From a virus, in the IMG/VR virus record IMGVR_UViG_3300023242_000004, positions 30,788 through 94,787 of that record: 64,000 nucleotides of DNA; one strand, written 5' to 3'. Numbering within the stretch: position 1 is the stretch's first letter; the number at the start of each line of letters is the position of its first letter. Below the pieces are notes generated by a model. It did not search any database and had not been told where the DNA came from. It was given only the letters and a program-made list of their open reading frames with translations. The position numbers were made by a program, and so were the translations under genes. Below are positions 8,992 through 19,260 of the stretch, one piece after another.

Positions 8992-11613
8992 TTAATCTCT
9001 ACCCTTTATAATAACCACGCTACCTATAAATTCAGAACCCCAATTCATCTGGGAAATACAAAGTTTGTTTAAACGAGTAGGTACTGGTTTTAGTGTTATT
9101 TCACCTTCTTTTGGTGTTGAAATAACTCTTATAACAACATCAATGTTTTGACACTGACCAGAAACTCCGTTTATCGGACTTAATACGTTTAAATATTCAA
9201 AAGGGTTACCACCAAATAATGAGGAATATTGTTTATACTTAAACTTCTGTTGGTCGAATATTGTGTTGGTATAAATTTTAACGCTACCCCAAATTGTTGT
9301 TGCTGGAATAACTTGTTCAATCACATCAACCCAATAATCACCTATAAGGTTAGCGAATTGGTCCATTGTATAATAGTCAAAAGCAGAACTTTCTGTGGGA
9401 CAATATTTTAAACTATTTAAGTATCTTTCATATAACGCTTTAAGTGTTGGATATCCAGATATTGTTTGTCTATTTTTAACGTTGATTAGTTCAGAAACTA
9501 ATAATTTTTTAAATTTATCAATTGTTTTAATTGTTGATAAATCAGTTGTAAACAAACTAGTAAAATCTATTTGGTTATCACCACAACAATATGGTTGTGT
9601 AGATAATTGGGCGTTATTTGATGTACCGTCCATAAAATCGTAAACATTAGAATCTTGAAAATTAAAACATTCACCATCTTGAAAATTGTAATTTCCACAA
9701 AAAACGCATGGGTCACAATATGTTACACCAGTTAATAAACATGGGTTATCTGATAAATAACACCAAACATCGTGTTCCACCGCAGAAGCGATATTCATAT
9801 CTAAATCAATTTCTTTGGTGTTAATTACCAATCTTTCATCAAACACATCGTAATCTGTTTGTCTAATAGCATTAAAACCACTAACGTTTTTAATATCAAA
9901 TTCTCTATTTACTAAATCAGTGTTATTTACCCAAGATTTTTTATTGTCGACAACTCTAGTTATATTAAAACCTGGTGATTGACTGATAAACAGGTTAGTA
10001 CTATCAACATCAACACATTGTTTTGTTAACGAAATCCTATCAATCATAACACAAAAATCACCACAACTACTATTAATATTAAGACTTAACTTAATTTTTT
10101 TGTTGGTAATCATATTAATTATGTCAACATCATTAATAAAACTGGTATGTTGTAACCACGAAGAAGATAATATTGTTGGCGATAACGAATTATTAAATAC
10201 TGATTGACCATTTGTTTGACCGCCTAATTCAGATTGGTTAAATAACTCTTGTAGAATATAATCTCTAACCCTTAAACAGTTTGAAACATTTGTTTGACCA
10301 TTAACCATATCATTACCTTGAAATTGTGGTAATAATTCTGTGTAACTTAATGGTGTACACCCACTAGCCCAAGATTCGTTAGCGCTAGGTTCACCACAAA
10401 CAAAGAAACCACTATTTGTTGGGTTGGAAGATAAATAATTATATAAATTACCAGCACCTATAGATGGAAAAAAATTATCTTCGTAAGCTGTTGTTAGATT
10501 ACCATTATCATCAACAACATCTATACTCATAGAAACACTTAAATTTTCAATAACACCAATCGGTGTACCACAACTAACAGTTAAGTCTTGTCGCTGTGTT
10601 ATTGAATTATCCAAATCTGTTTTTAATGTTAGTAATAAATCATTAAATTCAGTTTGTTTAATCACAAGCACATCTATTTTATTTTTAATTTCTGTTTTAT
10701 CACCAAAAGGTGTTTTACATTCTAAAATAAGCGGATTAATGTTTCCAGTTATTGATAATAATGCTTGATTTTGATTGTATATATTAATAACGTTTTCACA
10801 TGTGTAAGATGATGGGTCACCATTTAAAAACTGTTGGTACTTATTAGGACCCAAAATATTTTGCCAAATAGTAAGACCATCAGTTGTTAAACAAAAAGTA
10901 ACACTAGTGTATTTTACACTAGGAAAAGAAAAAGGTGCTAACCCTCCATTAAACCCAGTTCTAGTAAAAGGTTCTTTTTGTGTTTGTGTTGGGTTTATAG
11001 TTTCACTTGGCAAATATTCGATTGCTTCCGAATCAATTATTGTCATAGATGGGAAGCTATCACATTTTATTGAATAACTTGTTTTATCGTATTGGTCTAG
11101 CAAATAAATTAACTGCGTTTTTATTTCCTCACATTTAACTGTTTGTTCATCAATTTTTTGGTTTAAAGTAAAAATTCGGTTGTCTAAATCTGGGTCGCTA
11201 ACACTAGTTTGTGTTAGCGTTTTACTAAGCATTTCGCAATCTAGTTTAAACAAATAATCAAAATCAACAACCAAAGAACATGTTTCATCATCTTGAAGAT
11301 AGAAAATAGTCCCATCATTACCCTTTGGGTTTAAGACTATTTTAAATGGTTGGTCATCCGAACAACCTATACTAGATTTATCAGACCATCTACATTTTTG
11401 AGCATCTAAATCATAATAATATGGTTCGTTTGTTATTTCACCCAAAACACTACAACATTGTTGCGATACATATGTTGGTGATGGTAAACCGTTACTATTG
11501 GGTAAATATACAGAAATAGTACCGTCTGTGTTTTTAACCAAACCATTTTGTGCTATAACGTAACGCCAAAATTCATTACACCCTTTGATTATGTCTGCTA
11601 GGTTTATCCCCAT
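8992..11613 (-). CDS. Cys-rich virion/baseplate protein
   Basis: 873 aa in the structural cluster; C-terminal WVDVIEQVIPATTIW; coiled-coil segments. Confidence 0.5.
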   Translation of the reverse strand: MGINLADIIKGCNEFWRYVIAQNGLVKNTDGTISVYLPNSNGLPSPTYVSQQCCSVLGEITNEPYYYDLDAQKCRWSDKSSIGCSDDQPFKIVLNPKGNDGTIFYLQDDETCSLVVDFDYLFKLDCEMLSKTLTQTSVSDPDLDNRIFTLNQKIDEQTVKCEEIKTQLIYLLDQYDKTSYSIKCDSFPSMTIIDSEAIEYLPSETINPTQTQKEPFTRTGFNGGLAPFSFPSVKYTSVTFCLTTDGLTIWQNILGPNKYQQFLNGDPSSYTCENVINIYNQNQALLSITGNINPLILECKTPFGDKTEIKNKIDVLVIKQTEFNDLLLTLKTDLDNSITQRQDLTVSCGTPIGVIENLSVSMSIDVVDDNGNLTTAYEDNFFPSIGAGNLYNYLSSNPTNSGFFVCGEPSANESWASGCTPLSYTELLPQFQGNDMVNGQTNVSNCLRVRDYILQELFNQSELGGQTNGQSVFNNSLSPTILSSSWLQHTSFINDVDIINMITNKKIKLSLNINSSCGDFCVMIDRISLTKQCVDVDSTNLFISQSPGFNITRVVDNKKSWVNNTDLVNREFDIKNVSGFNAIRQTDYDVFDERLVINTKEIDLDMNIASAVEHDVWCYLSDNPCLLTGVTYCDPCVFCGNYNFQDGECFNFQDSNVYDFMDGTSNNAQLSTQPYCCGDNQIDFTSLFTTDLSTIKTIDKFKKLLVSELINVKNRQTISGYPTLKALYERYLNSLKYCPTESSAFDYYTMDQFANLIGDYWVDVIEQVIPATTIWGSVKIYTNTIFDQQKFKYKQYSSLFGGNPFEYLNVLSPINGVSGQCQNIDVVIRVISTPKEGEITLKPVPTRLNKLCISQMNWGSEFIGSVVIIKGRD

Positions 11614-11649
11614 TTTATTTTTTTATTATAAGTATTCTTTATTTTATTT

Positions 11650-14600
11650 TTAACACGCTGGTAGCGTATTAAAATCAATAATTTTTGTAACTACACCGTT
11701 ATTAATCTGAATAACGTATTTTTGTTTTAATTGTAAACCAGTGTTTGTTGTGCTATTTAAATTAGTAACATCAATTGAGAAATTACCATTTAATGTATTA
11801 TACGGTGCTGCACCTAAAGCATTTGACACATATAATTGGGTACCTACAGTTATTGGACTAAAACTCCATGGTAATGTTGTTGGACCACTTAACCCAACCG
11901 TTCTTGATAGTGGGTAATAACTAAGTGGGTTAAGGGTTTTACATTTAACAGTTAGGTTATCGTCTGATGTAAACGGATAAATATTTGTACCGCTTTTAAA
12001 TGTAACTATTAGACTATCATATAATTTATAAATTATTGTTGGTGCCGATAATGTTGGCCAATTAAAATTACAACAATCACCCTTATCAGCCCTATTTGCA
12101 AATAAAGTTACTAATGTTTGGTAATTTTGTAAACCATATGTTGTTAATTTACAACCAACACCTGTTTCATTTGTAAATGGGTCTACTATATTTGGCACAG
12201 GTGTTGTCCACCCAACTGGACAAACTGATGCGTCTGGTAAAGTCACTTTGTTTACTCCAACACCGTAAAGAGTTATAAACGATAAAAAAGCATCGTCATT
12301 TAAATATACTGGTTCGTTATTTAATACCCAATTACACGATGCACTGCACCCACAGTTTTCACTAAAACAACAAATATAACCGCTTTCTAAATTACTAGTT
12401 ATTGGGTTGACAACTTCAGTATATACTGATTTTCCGTTTAGTGCTTTACAACATTCTCTGTCAGTAAAAATAGATGTTCTAATTATGGGTTGACCATTTG
12501 ATTCGAACACTGAACCATCTTGGTTATATTGGTAATAGTTGAAAACATAATAACCAGTATTAACATTTTTTTTTGGTTTTAAAGAAAACTCACTACATGG
12601 TTTTAATTGTGGTTTTTCTATTTTCTTAATACAAACGCTTAAAGCATCATCACTTAAATCAGATGGGCAACCACAAGCTGTTAAAACATCTTCTGGTATT
12701 GGGTCTTTTACTATTTCGGCTGTATATACAATACAATCACTTAAGTCTGTACCATCAATGTTAATAACGTCCACATAAGTGTCACCAACATAATCAGTAA
12801 TTTGACCTAAATCATAATTAATAAACAAATTAGTCGACCCACTAGATATTGTTTCAGCAGTAATAGTTACTGCCGAAAAATTAGGTATAAGTTTTCTTAA
12901 TTGGTTGATGTATTTACTACCACCATCGTATGGCCCAACGTGTGGGTTATTACCATTTAGATTATCCATTGTTGAACCACTTCCACCAGTTTCCCTATAC
13001 CAAAGACCATCAGATTGGAAATACATGTTTGGGTTGTCTTCGAAAAATTTAGGGTAACCATCATTATCTATTGGATAATTACTCAAATCACTATCTAAAT
13101 TGTTTAACCGTAATATTTTTTGGAAAAGTTCAGTATCTATAGGTGCATCCGCTAAATAAACATACTCATTAAACTCTATTAAACCTTTTGGTGTGCCGAT
13201 AAATTTAAGTAAAAACTCAACAGATTTACGTGCACCTTTGGATTTCCATATCCAAGGAGAGTTTAATATGATTCTTCTCCATAATTCGACATCGGCTTCA
13301 ATGTCGGTTAAACCAACTTCTTCACCAGAATATGTTGATTTTGAAGTTTTAACGTAATTCTTCAATAAATTATTTTCTAAAATAGAAGAAATTAAATCCC
13401 AACCCAAGACTCTAGCCAAATCTTTTAAGTATTTGTCTGGCATGTTATCTTGTTTATTATAAGTAACAACATTCGCAAATGAAACACTATAAATAAATGT
13501 GTTTATATCGTCAAAAGACCTACCATAAATGTTAAGTGTTTTATTAATTTTTTGACCAGAAGTATCCAAATGTTCTTCAGCTAAATGGACTGGGGTTGTG
13601 TCAAAATCAGAAATAGAGTCAGATACTAAGAATCTATTCATTAAATTACTATTACTTAAGTCATTATCTTCCGAAATTTTTAGTAATTTTGAAGCATAAT
13701 CAATATATTCACCACTATTGAAATCGATATTATATCCATCAGATACTGGCCAAATTATGTCTTTATCTACGTAAAGTACTATACCTTGTTCTGAAATAAT
13801 AGGTGAATTAAAAGTTGCTTTATATTTTGGAGATGATTTTCTATTTAATAAATAACCCTCAAAATTACTTAAACCATTGAAAAATAAATCTTCATTTATC
13901 TTACTAGGTTTTATGTGGTAACTAATTGTTGTTTGTTGACCAGAAAAAACATCACCTTTAACTTTAAAATAAACGTAATCATTAGTTAATTCGGTAGAAC
14001 CAGTAAAACCTATTACATCATATTCTAAATTATCTCTTAATATAACATACGAACCATAGTTAACGGTTAAATTTCTAATATCGTTTGTTTCATTAAATGT
14101 GTTAACAATAGTTCCATTTTTTAAATAATTAATATTGAATTTGTTGGTGATTAACGATGTGTTTATTTTAAAACTTGCAGAATTAGAAATTAAATCATAA
14201 GAATAGTCAGAATATGTGTTATCAACTATTGATTGACCTATATTATTAATAATGAAAGGAGATAAAAATAAAGATGCTGGCCATTTAGTTATTATTTCTT
14301 CTAGACTAACACGCACAAATTCAACTAAAGAACCAAACATAGCATAATATTTTAATTTAGTTTTATCTAAATTTAATATAACACCAGCGTTATTATTTAA
14401 AAGGGTTTGTGTTTGTTGAACCGTTAAATTTAAGTTTTCTAAAGAATAATAATCAGAAAATTTACCAGTATTATAAGACTTATCTTTTTTAGGGTCCATA
14501 TTTGTAGTGATAGAAAAATTACCCATAGTAAACAACGCCTCATCACTAGTTAGTTGAAGACCAACTAGGTCTGGGCTAAAATTTCTATACTCTATATTAC

Positions 14601-14652
14601 CGTTGTAAGTTTCTTTTTTTACATATCCAGCTACTTTAATGTTATCACTCAT
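11650..14652 (-). CDS. Baseplate wedge protein (gp7 / P2 gpI-like core) with Cys-rich C-terminus
   Basis: YLKDLARVLGW...ELWRRII...WKSKGARKSVEFLL tail-protein-I-like motif. Confidence 0.6.
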   Translation of the reverse strand: MSDNIKVAGYVKKETYNGNIEYRNFSPDLVGLQLTSDEALFTMGNFSITTNMDPKKDKSYNTGKFSDYYSLENLNLTVQQTQTLLNNNAGVILNLDKTKLKYYAMFGSLVEFVRVSLEEIITKWPASLFLSPFIINNIGQSIVDNTYSDYSYDLISNSASFKINTSLITNKFNINYLKNGTIVNTFNETNDIRNLTVNYGSYVILRDNLEYDVIGFTGSTELTNDYVYFKVKGDVFSGQQTTISYHIKPSKINEDLFFNGLSNFEGYLLNRKSSPKYKATFNSPIISEQGIVLYVDKDIIWPVSDGYNIDFNSGEYIDYASKLLKISEDNDLSNSNLMNRFLVSDSISDFDTTPVHLAEEHLDTSGQKINKTLNIYGRSFDDINTFIYSVSFANVVTYNKQDNMPDKYLKDLARVLGWDLISSILENNLLKNYVKTSKSTYSGEEVGLTDIEADVELWRRIILNSPWIWKSKGARKSVEFLLKFIGTPKGLIEFNEYVYLADAPIDTELFQKILRLNNLDSDLSNYPIDNDGYPKFFEDNPNMYFQSDGLWYRETGGSGSTMDNLNGNNPHVGPYDGGSKYINQLRKLIPNFSAVTITAETISSGSTNLFINYDLGQITDYVGDTYVDVINIDGTDLSDCIVYTAEIVKDPIPEDVLTACGCPSDLSDDALSVCIKKIEKPQLKPCSEFSLKPKKNVNTGYYVFNYYQYNQDGSVFESNGQPIIRTSIFTDRECCKALNGKSVYTEVVNPITSNLESGYICCFSENCGCSASCNWVLNNEPVYLNDDAFLSFITLYGVGVNKVTLPDASVCPVGWTTPVPNIVDPFTNETGVGCKLTTYGLQNYQTLVTLFANRADKGDCCNFNWPTLSAPTIIYKLYDSLIVTFKSGTNIYPFTSDDNLTVKCKTLNPLSYYPLSRTVGLSGPTTLPWSFSPITVGTQLYVSNALGAAPYNTLNGNFSIDVTNLNSTTNTGLQLKQKYVIQINNGVVTKIIDFNTLPAC

Positions 14653-14660
14653 TTTTTATA

Positions 14661-15599
14661 TTAGATTGTTGTTATATTATTAAATGTTTTGTTAAAATCT
14701 ATACTAGCACGTTCCTCTCTAACTTCAAATAATGGTTTACCAGTAAACTTATCTTTTATTTCATATAAGTTGTATTGTTTGTAAATATCGTTATTGAAAT
14801 TGTATATAGTATAAATCCCATCATCAAGACTTTTGCTTTGATTACCAAATAACGCAAATGCGATTGTTTCTATATCATGTTGTACCATCTCAACTTCAAG
14901 CATAACTGGGTTAAAGTAAGTATTGGTTATAATAACTTTTTGGTTTGGTTGCCCGATAAAAGGTAACGCATTTGGTTTTACACTAGGAGCTGAAGCTGGC
15001 GATACAGTACAAAAAGTAAGTGTTGAATTATCATTAAATCTATATCTAATAGCTTTTTGATTAGAATTAGTAAGGTTTTGGTTAACTGGTTCAGCTCTAT
15101 TATTTGTGGTGATAACCCTAAAAAAATTATTTATCTTAACGTCACTAACCGAATTAGCTGAACTATCAGTATTTAAATATTCAACCCTATAACCAACCAA
15201 ACCGTTATTTTCGAATCTATTTAAAAAATTTGCTGGGATGTTTGACATATCAAACACCAAACCTTTGATATCTGGATAAGCCGATAAAACACCAACATCA
15301 ACTATTGATGTTCTAATTTCAATGGGTTTTATAATTATAGTATAAAACCCTTTAACACCAAAAGTGGCTACGGGTAATTTAAGTGTATACATACCACCAA
15401 AAACCTCAAAACCAGTTACATTTGATTGCGCTTTGTTTGGGTTGTCTATTTTTATTAATACTTCTAATGGGTCTAATCTATTTAATTTTTCATCACCGAT
15501 TGTATCTCTAGATGGTGTAAAATGATAAAATATCTCTACGTCTTCTGGTGATATATCTGCTGGTCTAACTATTCCATATGTTCCTGTTGCAAAATACAT
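14661..15599 (-). CDS. Putative virion structural protein
   Basis: 312-aa ORF in the structural operon; no motif recognised. Confidence 0.5.
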   Translation of the reverse strand: MYFATGTYGIVRPADISPEDVEIFYHFTPSRDTIGDEKLNRLDPLEVLIKIDNPNKAQSNVTGFEVFGGMYTLKLPVATFGVKGFYTIIIKPIEIRTSIVDVGVLSAYPDIKGLVFDMSNIPANFLNRFENNGLVGYRVEYLNTDSSANSVSDVKINNFFRVITTNNRAEPVNQNLTNSNQKAIRYRFNDNSTLTFCTVSPASAPSVKPNALPFIGQPNQKVIITNTYFNPVMLEVEMVQHDIETIAFALFGNQSKSLDDGIYTIYNFNNDIYKQYNLYEIKDKFTGKPLFEVREERASIDFNKTFNNITTI

Positions 15600-15707
15600 T
15601 TATATTTGTTTATTAATAATTTTGTTATTTTTATCTACCACTAAAATTTTAATTGGTTTATGTTTTGTTTTTACTTAATATAACATTTTTTTTTAAAAAG
15701 TATATTT

Positions 15708-16580
15708 TTATTGTTTATTTAATTTGTAATAACCATTTCCGTATCTAGTTAACGCTGAAATATTACCTATTTCAGATAATTTTAAATGCATATCCAACAC
15801 ACTAGTTGAACCTCTATCTATAAATACATCACTTTGTACTTCTGGTTGAGAAATAACACCAAATAAATATTCTTCTTTGGTTAATGCAGATAAAGAAATG
15901 TTTGTTTTATTCCAACCTTCACCTATAAACCTAAAAGTATTTAAAGGTATTAAACCTAAAACACCATTAATATTTATTTCAGTATCACCACTATAGTCCA
16001 TGTATTGAATACCTGTTGTTTGATTCATAGTACCTAAATTAGCATCGTTTTCAGTATCAAAAACATAAATCTTGGGCTCACCCATTGATTTTATCCTATC
16101 AACACCCATAACTGTTAAATCATTGTAGTTTTCATAAGTTTCTGTTGCTGTGTTAAAATTAATCCTAAATTGGTCGTTACTTTTGTAAGATTTTACGTCT
16201 TCAATTTTACTATCAGTTTTACCAGTAATTGGTAAATTACCAAAAACATAATAATCCGATTCACTTGAATTTGGTAACCTAACCGTTACTTTATCGGTAC
16301 CATACAAATTTGTTAATGTTTGAGGCACAGCCCCAAGCATAAAAGGAAAAGAATAACCTAAAGTATTTAATTTAGAAATTAAAACACTATAATCAACTGA
16401 TGTGTTTTCCTCGTCTTGTGAGATAAATTCTGAATTAACAAATAACCCCATATCATCAATATTTTGAGTTAATAAAACATTCAAATAAAAAGTAGATGCC
16501 GTAATGGTACCCCATTTATTGCTACCCTTACCTCTATCAATACTATCTTCTAGCAATATTTTTCTTTTAATTATTTCCAT
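15708..16580 (-). CDS. Hypothetical (putative structural) protein
   Basis: Long ORF, start overlaps the upstream stop. Confidence 0.55.
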   Translation of the reverse strand: MEIIKRKILLEDSIDRGKGSNKWGTITASTFYLNVLLTQNIDDMGLFVNSEFISQDEENTSVDYSVLISKLNTLGYSFPFMLGAVPQTLTNLYGTDKVTVRLPNSSESDYYVFGNLPITGKTDSKIEDVKSYKSNDQFRINFNTATETYENYNDLTVMGVDRIKSMGEPKIYVFDTENDANLGTMNQTTGIQYMDYSGDTEININGVLGLIPLNTFRFIGEGWNKTNISLSALTKEEYLFGVISQPEVQSDVFIDRGSTSVLDMHLKLSEIGNISALTRYGNGYYKLNKQ

Positions 16581-17434
16581 TATGTTGCTTTTATTTCATA
16601 CAATGTAACTTTACATGTATTACCATTATAAGTTACGTTATTAGACCCACTAGTACCTGTATTACCATGGTATACATTATCTATTTCATAATAATAACCA
16701 CTAGACGTTCTAGTCATTTTATATCTTGTATATAATTCATGAACTAATTTGTCGATTGGTTGTGCAATATTTTTAACCATAAGGTTTACCGATTTACCAG
16801 TCTTTGCGTTTTTAAAACTAGCTCTCATATAAACATATTTTGATTCACCGATATCTAAGCTATCTTTGTAATCATATAAATGAAAACCTTCAGCAAAACC
16901 TCTAGGGTTAAGTAATGGGTTTTCTACCACAAAATTAATTGGTATTTGTGAAACATCAACTGGTTGTCCAGGTATACCATTTGTTGTAGAAATAGGTAAA
17001 TAATCAGTTTTATTCAAATTAGCATAAAGAGTCAAAAAAGTTACTAGTTTTTGTGTTAATGGGTTATCATTATCATAAAAAGATAGATTTAAAAATGTTT
17101 CTTTAAAACTATTTTTCCTAAATTTTATATCATTATTATCAAAACCAATAAAACCATAATAATCAACATAGTTATTTGCTGTGTCGAACAACTTAACATC
17201 ATAAATTATTTTATTTATTTGATTATTTCCTAAATCTAAAGGTAAAAACCTAATTCTATCATAGTCTAATATTGGGTTAATTGAATTTTCTATTTCAGTT
17301 TTAACAAAAACTTCTTCAATAAGTTCGGCATTATCAACAATTTGATATTCCATATTAATAGGGAAACTAATAGTAGTAGCTGTTGAGCCACTAGCTAGTG
17401 TTGATAGGTTTATTTTAAATTTATTAACAAACAT
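16580..17434 (-). CDS. Hypothetical (putative structural) protein
   Basis: Long ORF overlapping both neighbours. Confidence 0.55.
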   Translation of the reverse strand: MFVNKFKINLSTLASGSTATTISFPINMEYQIVDNAELIEEVFVKTEIENSINPILDYDRIRFLPLDLGNNQINKIIYDVKLFDTANNYVDYYGFIGFDNNDIKFRKNSFKETFLNLSFYDNDNPLTQKLVTFLTLYANLNKTDYLPISTTNGIPGQPVDVSQIPINFVVENPLLNPRGFAEGFHLYDYKDSLDIGESKYVYMRASFKNAKTGKSVNLMVKNIAQPIDKLVHELYTRYKMTRTSSGYYYEIDNVYHGNTGTSGSNNVTYNGNTCKVTLYEIKAT

Positions 17435-19235
17435 CTGGATTAGCTGTATTTACTGTAAATTTATCTGTTATTCTTTCACCAACTGGGTCAGCTGGAAACC
17501 TACCGTAGTAAAGATTCCATAAAGAAAATTGGTCTTGTCTTCTTAAATAAAAACAATGATTTTGGTACATATAATGGCTACCATTTAAAAATGGGTAGTT
17601 CAATGGTCTTTCATCTGTTTGGTTGAAACCAATATCTAATAAGTCCCTCCATAAATATCTACCATCACCCATATTTACAACGTAATCTGGCATACCTTCA
17701 GTAAATTCATCACCTTCTTCAACATAGTTAGAAAAATCTCTAATTTTAATTTGGTGATGTGCTTGATAATGGTACCCTTCTTGCCTAGGCCCCAAATTGG
17801 TCTGAGCATATGTCGGTTGACCATTAACGTCTGTTGGTGTTGATAAAACATAACTAATCGTTGCTGGTGTTTCTCTACTTATTGTGTTAAATCTATGAGA
17901 AACAGTTGCTAAAATTATTTCATTTAATATTTCAATATTGTATTCAACTAAATCACCATAATAATCAATATTACTTGGTAACCCATTGTTGTCAGTAATT
18001 TTAACATTATTTTCTAATGGTGTATGTGATTGGAAAGGCAACGCACCACCGTTGTGTATTTTATTAATTGCTGGGATATCTAACAAATAAGGGTTTATAT
18101 TACTAGTGTTTAAACGATTAATAAAAGGTGTTTCAATACCAGAAGACACATTACTAAATAAATTATTACTATCAGTTTTAATTATTGTCAAATAAATTTC
18201 ACTAAGCGGTCTACCTAAATTATCAGTTAAATCACTAACATCAATATCTTCATTAAAAACATATTGAGTTATTTGGTCGTTAAACAAGTTTTCGCTGAAC
18301 CCAACTTGGTATGTTTCATAATCATCAGTTTCAATAACAGCAGTAGCTCTAGTTTTAATTTTTCTAAATTTTCTAAAATAATATTCTGACTCAACACCAT
18401 TTACTAGTTTTTTAATTCTAGATAGATTATTTATTGTCCCAGTATTTGGAACATCAATCACAAAATAATAATCTTTGTAATCACCGTTACTTAAACCTAA
18501 AGTAAATACTTCGTGGTCACCATTATACCCATTAGTTCCACTTATTCTTACTATATCACCAATCGATAGGTTGTGCAAACAAGGCATACCAATAGCTGTC
18601 ATTGGTCTAGTTGAAACTATTGTTGTTTGGGTTTCAACTATCAATAAACCACCATTAACTAATTTATGTGTTTTATCACTTGAGTTTGGGTAGGTTACCA
18701 CCAACTCCCAATTTTTAACTGGTTGACTAGTTGGAGAATGGTATGGTGAGATATCTGGTAAAAAAGAAAAACGTTCTCTTTTTGGTTCCATATCATAATA
18801 ACTACATAACATTGGTTTTGTAATGTCTGGGTCAAAATAACCAAACCAACCATCTTTTTCTTTTAAATAATACTTAATTGATTTAGCGTATGTAAAATCA
18901 CCATCATCATTCACATCACCGTCTTTTGGGTATGACCAATCTAGAAAATCTAAATTATTAAACCCAGCTAATGTGTTTCTATCTGCTAATAATGAGTCAT
19001 TCAAATTAAATAAAGGATTGCTGATTAAAGGGTTTATCGTACCGATTAATCGATAATATTTACTTCGTTGTCTTTCAACATTAAACCTATCGGCAACATT
19101 GACTATCCTATCAATTTCATTGGTGGGTAATAACCTTTCATCGCCTTCAATACTAATTTTTAAAAAAGCGTCAGTATTTGTAGCTAATTTAGATTTTTCA
19201 ACACCAAATCTTTTTATTATTCTATCAGTACTCAT
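17424..19235 (-). CDS. Putative virion structural protein
   Basis: 603 aa with an HNLSIGDIVRISG..GYNG beta-barrel module common in phage tail proteins. Confidence 0.5.
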   Translation of the reverse strand: MSTDRIIKRFGVEKSKLATNTDAFLKISIEGDERLLPTNEIDRIVNVADRFNVERQRSKYYRLIGTINPLISNPLFNLNDSLLADRNTLAGFNNLDFLDWSYPKDGDVNDDGDFTYAKSIKYYLKEKDGWFGYFDPDITKPMLCSYYDMEPKRERFSFLPDISPYHSPTSQPVKNWELVVTYPNSSDKTHKLVNGGLLIVETQTTIVSTRPMTAIGMPCLHNLSIGDIVRISGTNGYNGDHEVFTLGLSNGDYKDYYFVIDVPNTGTINNLSRIKKLVNGVESEYYFRKFRKIKTRATAVIETDDYETYQVGFSENLFNDQITQYVFNEDIDVSDLTDNLGRPLSEIYLTIIKTDSNNLFSNVSSGIETPFINRLNTSNINPYLLDIPAINKIHNGGALPFQSHTPLENNVKITDNNGLPSNIDYYGDLVEYNIEILNEIILATVSHRFNTISRETPATISYVLSTPTDVNGQPTYAQTNLGPRQEGYHYQAHHQIKIRDFSNYVEEGDEFTEGMPDYVVNMGDGRYLWRDLLDIGFNQTDERPLNYPFLNGSHYMYQNHCFYLRRQDQFSLWNLYYGRFPADPVGERITDKFTVNTANPDVC

Positions 19236-19260
19236 TATTTATTTATATTTTTTATATTCA

